NCBI GenBank assembly: GCA_963748015.1
Contig: CAVVHE010000008.1
Location: 480,001 to 544,000 of the forward strand
Direction of reading: 5' to 3'
Origin: Terriglobia bacterium
GTDB taxonomy: Bacteria; Acidobacteriota; Polarisedimenticolia; Polarisedimenticolales; JAIQFR01
DNA: 64,000 nucleotides
Below the pieces are notes generated by a model. It was not told the DNA's origin. It ran no database searches and was given only the letters and a program-made list of their open reading frames with translations. Positions 57,539 through 64,000 of this stretch are shown here, in pieces. The number at the start of each line of letters is the position of its first letter. The stretch's first letter is position 1. The translations under genes and the position numbers were made by a program.

Positions 57539-60500
57539 TCACGAGCAATCTCCGCTGTTCGGCTTGACCACCCTCGCCCTGCCCGCGGATTCGGAGCCGT
57601 ACGAACTGTCCTCCCGGCCGTCGTTGTACTGCACGGCATAGAAGAAGACCTGGCCCGGAGCCGGGATCGTGGTGTCCTCGTAGCCCATGGTCGTTGTGGC
57701 CGCGGTGTCCCGCGCGATGCAGACCACTTGCCCGAGGTCGATGGTCGAGCCGTCGATCCTCAGGTTCGCGAGGTCGCCTCGGATCACGTCGTAGTTGCGG
57801 GCAACCTCGACAGGTCCCCAGATCAGCGTCGTGTCCCTGGAGCCTTCGACCACGAAGGTGAGCGGCTCGACCCCCTGGCTCATGTCGTGTGGAACCGCGA
57901 CTTGGGCCGAAGCGCTGACCGCGTTCCCCGAGTGGTCGGAGGTCTGGTAGGCGATCGTGTAGGTACGCCCGGGCCCGTTCCCGTCCCGCTCCGCGCGGAG
58001 GAGGACCTGGAAGTCGGGAGTGCCGATCGCAGCGCCCTGGATGTCGCCGGTCGTCTCGCCGTCGCCGCTGCCCGCGGCATCGTCGGGCTCGCTCGATACG
58101 ACGGAAGCGAGCACGATCGAGGGGGAGGGATCGCAGGCGTCGGTAGCGACCACGGTGGTGTTCACGACGGACATCTTGCGGTTCGGGGGCCAGAGTACGC
58201 CAGGGCTCGCCACAGCGGCGACGGCCGGCGGAATCGTGTCGCGGACGATTACCGTGGTCTGACAGCTCGCCTGGTTTCCCGTGCCGTCGGTGGCGGTGAA
58301 GGTGAGAATCGTGGTGCCAAGGGGGTAGGAGCCCGAGGCGTCAGGACCGTTGGGCGTCCCGCTGTTCGTGAGCGTCGCCGTGCCAGAGCACGAGTCCGAG
58401 GCGGTCGCGGGGGACAGAGCGATGTAGGCTTGCCCGGCGGACTGGCACTCCGCGATGATCGAAGCGGGGCAAGTGATCCATGGCGGCGTCGTGTCGATCA
58501 CCGTAACGATCGAGTCGTCCGAGGCCGTCGCCCCCGCGCGGTCGGTCACGGCGAGGGTGACGTCGTGGATCCCGAGCCGGAAGGGCACGGAAACGATCAT
58601 CCCGCTCGCAAGCGGGGAGCCGCCTTCGGTCCAGTCGAACCGCACGATGTCGTCGTTGGTGCCGGGAGAGGAGTCGGAATCGGTGCTGCCGGAGCCGTCG
58701 AGAGTGGCGGTCGAATGAAGGTCGCCCGCGCACTCGAGCGTCAGGTCGGGGCCGGCGCTGGCGACCGGGGAAGCGCAGCCACCGACCAGGTACCGGCCGC
58801 CGGTACCGAGACGCGAAACCGACTCGTAGCTCGAGTAGCCGCCCCAGACCACCATCTCGCGTCCCGTCCAAACCGCCGTGTGGTAGAAGCGTCCCGATGG
58901 GGCCCCCGCGAGCGACGTCGGCGTCCAAAGGTCCGTGGCCGGATCGTACCGGCTTCCGGTGTCGAGGGGGACGAGATCTGTGCCGTCGTCGCCGTAGCCG
59001 CCCCAAACCACCATCACACGACCCGTCCACACCACCGTTTCCCCGCCCCGCCCGGACGGCGCTCCCGCGGTCGACGTCGGTGTCCAAGTGTCGGTGGCCG
59101 GATCGTACCGCCCGCCGGTTTCGGGGTAGACGAGATTGGCGCTGTCGTCGAAGTAGCGGCCGCCCCAAACGACCATCACGCGTCCCGTCCAGGCCGTCAC
59201 GGGCCCTCCCCGGCCGGACGGTGCTCCCGCGGTCGACGTTGCCGTCCAGGTGTCCGTCGCCGCATCGTACAGCCCGCCGGTTTCATAGAAGAAGACGTTG
59301 CCCGCGTCGTCGAAGTCGCTGCCACCCCAGACCAACATCGCATGCCCCGTCCAGACCGACGCGTGGCTCCCCCGCCTGGACGGCGCCCCCAAGGTCGACG
59401 TCGGCGTCCAGGTATCCGTGATCGGATCGTACCGACCACCGTTATCGAAGCAGACGTCGAAGTTGCATCCGCCCCAGACCACCATCGCGCCTCCCGTCCA
59501 GATCGCCGTGTGGTCGTACCGCGCCGCAGGTGAGTTCACGGCAGAGGTTCCCGTCCACCTGTCGGTGGCCGGGTCGTATCGACCGCCGGTGCCGAGAAAG
59601 CCGCGATTCCAGCCGCCCCACACGACCATCACACGCCCCGTCCACACCGCCGTGTGCAGGTCACGCGCGGAAGGAGGGTCCGTGGTCGATGTCGCGCTCC
59701 ACGTGTCTCTGGCCGGATCGTAGCGTCCCCCGCTGTTCACGAAGGAACGGCCGACGTCGTACCCACCCCACACGATCATCTCCGAGCCCGTCCACACGGC
59801 GCTGTGGGAACTGCGACCCGTCGGAACGCCGTCACCCGTTGCTGTCGGCACCCAACTGTCCGTGAACGGGTTGTACCGGCCTCCGGTTGGGTAGCTGTCC
59901 ACCAGCGAGTTTCTCCCGCCCCAGACGATCATCTCCGAGCCGGTCCAGACGGCGGTGTGGGAATACCGCTGCGCCGGGACGTTCGTTCCTGTCGACGTCG
60001 GTAGCCATCTGTCCGTGGTCGGGTTGTAGCGTCCCCCGCTGTTGTAGTCGTACGCACCCCAGCCCCCCCAGACGATCATCTCCGAGCCGGTCCAGACGGC
60101 GCGGTGGGAAGCCCGCTGCGCCGGGACGTTCGTCCCCGTCGATGTCGCAGCCCAGTTATCCGTCAACGGGTTGTAACGACCGCCGGTGTTCAGAACGCCT
60201 TCCTGACGGCCCTCGATGTAACCCCAGCCTCCCCAGACGATCATCTCGGTGCCTGTCCACACCGCGGTGTGGCCGTAACGACCCATGCCCGTGCTCGTCC
60301 CCGTCGCCACCCAGCGGTCCGTCGAAGGGTAGTACCGCCCGCCGGTGTCGAAGTAGGTCAGGTTGCTCTGAGCGTCCCGGCCGGTACCTCCCCAGATGAT
60401 CATCTCGGTACCCGTCCAGACCGCGCTGTGGCCCGTACGTGCGGAAGGAACGTTGACCGCGGTCGACGTGACCGCCCAGCTGTCCGCTGACGGGCTGTAT

Positions 60501-61843
60501 CTCGCGCCGGTGTTCAGATAGTCGTCGCCAGTCCCTCCCCAAACGATCATCTCGGTCCCCGTCCAGATTGCGGTATGCGCGGCGCGCCCCGCGGGGACGT
60601 TCGCCCCCAGCGATGTCGCCGTCCAACGATCCGTCGAGGGGTCGTATCTCCCGCCGCTATTGAAAGTGGTGACGGGATAACCGCTCGGGTCGTATCCGCC
60701 CCAGATGATCATCTCCGTACCGGTCCAGACGGCGGTGTGGGAAACGCGGGCGGAAGGCGCGCTCGCGCCCAGTGAAGTCGGCAGCCAGATGTCCGTGGAC
60801 GGGTTGTAGCGTGCGCCGGTGTTGAGGGCGCTGTCATAGTAAGCTAGCCCACCCCATACGATCATCTCCGCGCCCGTCCACACGGCGGTGTGGTTGAAAC
60901 GACTCTCCGGACGAGAAGGGGTCGGACTCCAAGAGTCGTCCGCGCACGATCCGGCCTGCGGCGGGACGAGCGAGTACGACTCGGATGGCGCCGGGGCCAC
61001 GGAGCCGACCGGGTCCTTCGCCTGGTCCCACCACGTGTCGAACGGCACCTTGCGCCAGGTCACCGTCGCCACGGTCATCGAGTCGGTCGTCCGCGCGAGC
61101 ACTGCCGTCACGAAGAAGCCGTCCGGATCTTCTTGCAGGGCGCTCAACTGGCTCACCGGCAACGCGTCGTTCGGCGTGCCGAACCTCGCGGCGACGTCCT
61201 CGAGCAGCTCGTCCCAATCGGCCGGCGACACCTCCTGCACCCGGACGGCATCGATGGACCCCCGTGGCGCGGTCCCACGGTCGCGCTCGAGGCGAAGGGT
61301 CGTCTCGGAGTACGTTCCACCCATCGTCCTCATTGCGGTCACGCTCGTGGCGCCGGCGAGCTCCGCCTCCGCCTGAGCGCGAACCGCGCTGTGGAACCGC
61401 GAGTCGTACGCGTACCAGTTGCGGACCAGTCGTTCCGCCAGCGTCTGGCGCGCTAGTGTCTCGGCGATGACGAATGCGTCGCTTCCGAGCGCCTCGTACA
61501 GTTCCCGCAGCATCGCGCCGTCCCGGGTATTCGCCGACATCCGGTCCAGCTCCGCCTGGAGCTGCCCGCCGGTGATCGGACGCCGCCACCAGGTCTCCAG
61601 GGCGTTCGATTCTTCGAGGTAGTCCTCGACCTTGGCCCGCAACGCTTCCGCCGGCATCACGGCCGACAGCGGAGGCTTGGGTCCCGGGTTCTCCTTTGGC
61701 CAGATGCGGTGGTTCCAGTAGACCTGCTCTATCGTTTCTTGAGCGGCTACCCGCTCATCGAACGAGAGATCGCGGGCTTGCGAGGTAGGAGCGGCGAAGC
61801 ACGCCGCCGCGACGAGCGCGAGACACACCAGACCTTTTCGCAT
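57539..61843 (-). CDS. Secreted Kelch-like repeat protein (14 repeats) with PKD/HYR-like Ig domains
   Basis: Signal peptide; 14 HTAVWTG-type repeats; PVASAGPD...LDGSGSTD; DTTPPWITCP...YPLGTT; LWPPN domain. Confidence 0.9.
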   Translation of the reverse strand: MRKGLVCLALVAAACFAAPTSQARDLSFDERVAAQETIEQVYWNHRIWPKENPGPKPPLSAVMPAEALRAKVEDYLEESNALETWWRRPITGGQLQAELDRMSANTRDGAMLRELYEALGSDAFVIAETLARQTLAERLVRNWYAYDSRFHSAVRAQAEAELAGATSVTAMRTMGGTYSETTLRLERDRGTAPRGSIDAVRVQEVSPADWDELLEDVAARFGTPNDALPVSQLSALQEDPDGFFVTAVLARTTDSMTVATVTWRKVPFDTWWDQAKDPVGSVAPAPSESYSLVPPQAGSCADDSWSPTPSRPESRFNHTAVWTGAEMIVWGGLAYYDSALNTGARYNPSTDIWLPTSLGASAPSARVSHTAVWTGTEMIIWGGYDPSGYPVTTFNSGGRYDPSTDRWTATSLGANVPAGRAAHTAIWTGTEMIVWGGTGDDYLNTGARYSPSADSWAVTSTAVNVPSARTGHSAVWTGTEMIIWGGTGRDAQSNLTYFDTGGRYYPSTDRWVATGTSTGMGRYGHTAVWTGTEMIVWGGWGYIEGRQEGVLNTGGRYNPLTDNWAATSTGTNVPAQRASHRAVWTGSEMIVWGGWGAYDYNSGGRYNPTTDRWLPTSTGTNVPAQRYSHTAVWTGSEMIVWGGRNSLVDSYPTGGRYNPFTDSWVPTATGDGVPTGRSSHSAVWTGSEMIVWGGYDVGRSFVNSGGRYDPARDTWSATSTTDPPSARDLHTAVWTGRVMVVWGGWNRGFLGTGGRYDPATDRWTGTSAVNSPAARYDHTAIWTGGAMVVWGGCNFDVCFDNGGRYDPITDTWTPTSTLGAPSRRGSHASVWTGHAMLVWGGSDFDDAGNVFFYETGGLYDAATDTWTATSTAGAPSGRGGPVTAWTGRVMVVWGGRYFDDSANLVYPETGGRYDPATDTWTPTSTAGAPSGRGGETVVWTGRVMVVWGGYGDDGTDLVPLDTGSRYDPATDLWTPTSLAGAPSGRFYHTAVWTGREMVVWGGYSSYESVSRLGTGGRYLVGGCASPVASAGPDLTLECAGDLHSTATLDGSGSTDSDSSPGTNDDIVRFDWTEGGSPLASGMIVSVPFRLGIHDVTLAVTDRAGATASDDSIVTVIDTTPPWITCPASIIAECQSAGQAYIALSPATASDSCSGTATLTNSGTPNGPDASGSYPLGTTILTFTATDGTGNQASCQTTVIVRDTIPPAVAAVASPGVLWPPNRKMSVVNTTVVATDACDPSPSIVLASVVSSEPDDAAGSGDGETTGDIQGAAIGTPDFQVLLRAERDGNGPGRTYTIAYQTSDHSGNAVSASAQVAVPHDMSQGVEPLTFVVEGSRDTTLIWGPVEVARNYDVIRGDLANLRIDGSTIDLGQVVCIARDTAATTTMGYEDTTIPAPGQVFFYAVQYNDGREDSSYGSESAGRARVVKPNSGDCS

Positions 61844-62061
61844 GGCAGCCCCCGAGTGAGGTCATGAAGTACGTACGGGGCAGGCGGGTAAGAGTCAAGC
61901 GAAAAGCCCCGACGCGGCCTCGCGTGGCATGACTCAGGGTGGGTTCTACCCGGCAAACGCCTCGGGGCGGCGCTCTTTTCCATGCGCCCTCCCCAGCATT
62001 CGAGATCCTCGACTTTCGATCGTACCGGACACTGAAATGCGGACGATCCTTGGCTTCTATG

Positions 62062-64000
62062 TCAAGAACAGTCGCCGCTATTCGGCCTGACCACCCTTGC
62101 TCTGCCGGCGGATTCCGAGCCGTACGAGCTGTCCTCCCGGCCGTCGTCGTATTGGACCGCATAGAAGAAGACGTGGCCGGGCTCGGGGATCGCGGCGTCC
62201 TCGGCGCCGATCGTCGTGGTTGCCGCGGTGTCCCGCGCGATGCAGACCACTTGCCCGAGGTCGATGCTCGAGCCGTCGATTCTCAGGTTCGCGAGGTCGC
62301 CTCGGATCACGTCGTAGTGGCGCGCGCCCTCGACCGGGCCCCAGATCAGCGTCGTGCCCCGGGAGTTCTCCATCACGAAGTTCAGCGGCTCCTCCCCCTG
62401 GCTCATGTCGTGCGGCACGGCGACCTGCGCCGACGCCACGGCCGAGTTACCCGAGTGGTCGAAGGTCTGGTAGGCGATCGTATAGGTGCGCCCCCGACCG
62501 TTCCCGTCGCGCTCGGCGCGGAGAAGGACCTGGAGGTCCGGAGTGCCGAGCGCGGCGCCCTGGATGTCGTCCGTGGTCTGGCCGTCGCCGCCGCCCGCGG
62601 CATCGTCGGGCTCGCTCGACGTGACGGAGACGAGCACGATCGAGGGCGAGGGATCGCAGGCATCGGTGGCGACGACGGTGGCGTTCACGGTGGACATCTT
62701 GTGGTTCGGCGGCCAGAGCACGCCGGGGCTCGCGACGGCGGTGACGACGGGCGGGATCGTGTCCCGGACGGTGACCGCGGTCCGGCAGCTCGCATGGTTC
62801 CCCGAGCCGTCGGTCGCGGTGAAGGTGACGATCGTCGTGCCGAGCGGATAGGAGCCGGAGGCGTCCGCCCCGCCCGCGGTCCGATCGTTGGCGGTCGTCG
62901 CCGAGCCGTAGCAGAGGTCCGAGGCGGTCGCCGGCGCGAGCGCGACCAGGGCCTGGCCCGCGGACCGGCACTCGATCGTGACCGCGGCGGGGCAGGCGAT
63001 CGACGGTGGCGTCGTGTCCACGACGGTGACGGTCGTCCCGTCCGACGCCGTCGCCCCCGCCTTGTCGGTGACGGTGAGCGTGACGTCGTGCGCTCCGAGA
63101 TGGAGCGGCATCGACACGATCATCCCGCTGGCGAGCGGCGCGTCGCCCTCGGTCCAGTCGAAGCTCTCGATGTCGTCGTGGGTGCCAGGCGTGGAGTCGG
63201 GGTCGGTGCTGCCGGAGCCGTCGAGCGTCGCGGTAGCCTGGAGCTCGCCGGCGCATTCGAGCGTTTGGTCGTCGCCGGCGTCGGCGACGGGGGGCTGGTT
63301 CGACAACGCGCAGTAGCGGCCGCCGGTGTCCAAGTCGCGGTCGTTCGAGTTCTGGTCGACACCAGTGCCTCCCCAAACGATCATCTCGGTTCCCGTCCAG
63401 ACCGCGGTGTGACCCCAGCGGGGCTGAGGGAGGCTCGCTCCCGTCGACGTGGGCAGCCATTGGTCGCTCGCCGGACGGTAACGTCCCCCCGTGTCGCTCA
63501 ACTTCCAGAATCCAAAAGGAGCCGGCGAAACCCCGCCCCAGACGATCATCTCGGAGCCCGTCCACACCGAGGTGTGCGCTGCGCGGGGCTCGGGAACCCC
63601 GGCGGCAGTCGACACCGGGGTCCATCGATTCGTCGCGGGATCGTACCGCCCGCCGGAGTTGAGGTAGACGTTGGAGCCACCGACGGTCTGCTCGCCACCC
63701 CAGACGATCATCTCGCGGCCCGTCCAGACCGCCGTGTGCCGAAGTCGCGCCGAGGGCGTCCCCGCCGCGACCGGCATGTCGATCCAACGATCTGCCGACG
63801 GGTCGTATCGCCCGCCGGAATCAAGCTCGACGTAGTAGCCAGTCGGCCCGGGCCCCTGGCCGCCCCAGACGATCATCTCCGCGCCGGTCCACACCGCGGT
63901 CTGATAGGAACGCGGGGTCGGATTGCCGGTTCCCGTCGAGGTGGGAAGCCAGGTGTCCGTGCCCGGGTCGTAGCGTGCTCCCGTGACGAGATAGGATGGG
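62062..64000 (-). CDS. Third Kelch-like/PKD/HYR paralogue (5' part outside the window)
   Basis: Same repeats, and a C-terminal region highly similar to 57539-58800; the frame is open to the window edge. Confidence 0.88.
   Translation of the reverse strand, partial: PSYLVTGARYDPGTDTWLPTSTGTGNPTPRSYQTAVWTGAEMIVWGGQGPGPTGYYVELDSGGRYDPSADRWIDMPVAAGTPSARLRHTAVWTGREMIVWGGEQTVGGSNVYLNSGGRYDPATNRWTPVSTAAGVPEPRAAHTSVWTGSEMIVWGGVSPAPFGFWKLSDTGGRYRPASDQWLPTSTGASLPQPRWGHTAVWTGTEMIVWGGTGVDQNSNDRDLDTGGRYCALSNQPPVADAGDDQTLECAGELQATATLDGSGSTDPDSTPGTHDDIESFDWTEGDAPLASGMIVSMPLHLGAHDVTLTVTDKAGATASDGTTVTVVDTTPPSIACPAAVTIECRSAGQALVALAPATASDLCYGSATTANDRTAGGADASGSYPLGTTIVTFTATDGSGNHASCRTAVTVRDTIPPVVTAVASPGVLWPPNHKMSTVNATVVATDACDPSPSIVLVSVTSSEPDDAAGGGDGQTTDDIQGAALGTPDLQVLLRAERDGNGRGRTYTIAYQTFDHSGNSAVASAQVAVPHDMSQGEEPLNFVMENSRGTTLIWGPVEGARHYDVIRGDLANLRIDGSSIDLGQVVCIARDTAATTTIGAEDAAIPEPGHVFFYAVQYDDGREDSSYGSESAGRARVVRPNSGDCS

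Noticed and set aside
57539..63300. Paired similar regions as the template and variable repeats of a diversity-generating retroelement
   Set aside because: Both copies are coding, the differences are largely synonymous and not adenine-specific, and there is no reverse transcriptase in the window.

Overview
A very GC-rich bacterial chromosomal window. Gene content is compatible with an Acidobacteriota-like diderm, but that is inference only. Left to right it holds: a DsbA-like gene with an in-frame TGA and a SECIS-like hairpin (probable selenoprotein); an amidase/GerMN-murI-rph-rdgB-tRNA-Asn block; a mixed stretch of peptidase, radical SAM, methyltransferase, transporter, sortase and TPR genes; a copper locus (Cys-rich leader ORF, OprC-type TonB-dependent receptor, multicopper oxidase, cusB-cusA without cusC); and three paralogous secreted Kelch-like beta-propeller genes. 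It also holds a complete IS1111-type (IS110 family) element whose ends, 2-nt core, palindromic target and guide-RNA (seekRNA/bridge RNA) segments can be read directly from the sequence. The best leads are this RNA-guided IS, a candidate ribosome-stalling switch controlling the copper receptor, the selenoprotein, the Kelch family with shared unannotated N- and C-terminal domains, and two structured intergenic elements. Several single-base frameshifts suggest indel errors in the assembly. All calls come from motif recognition by eye; no searches were run.
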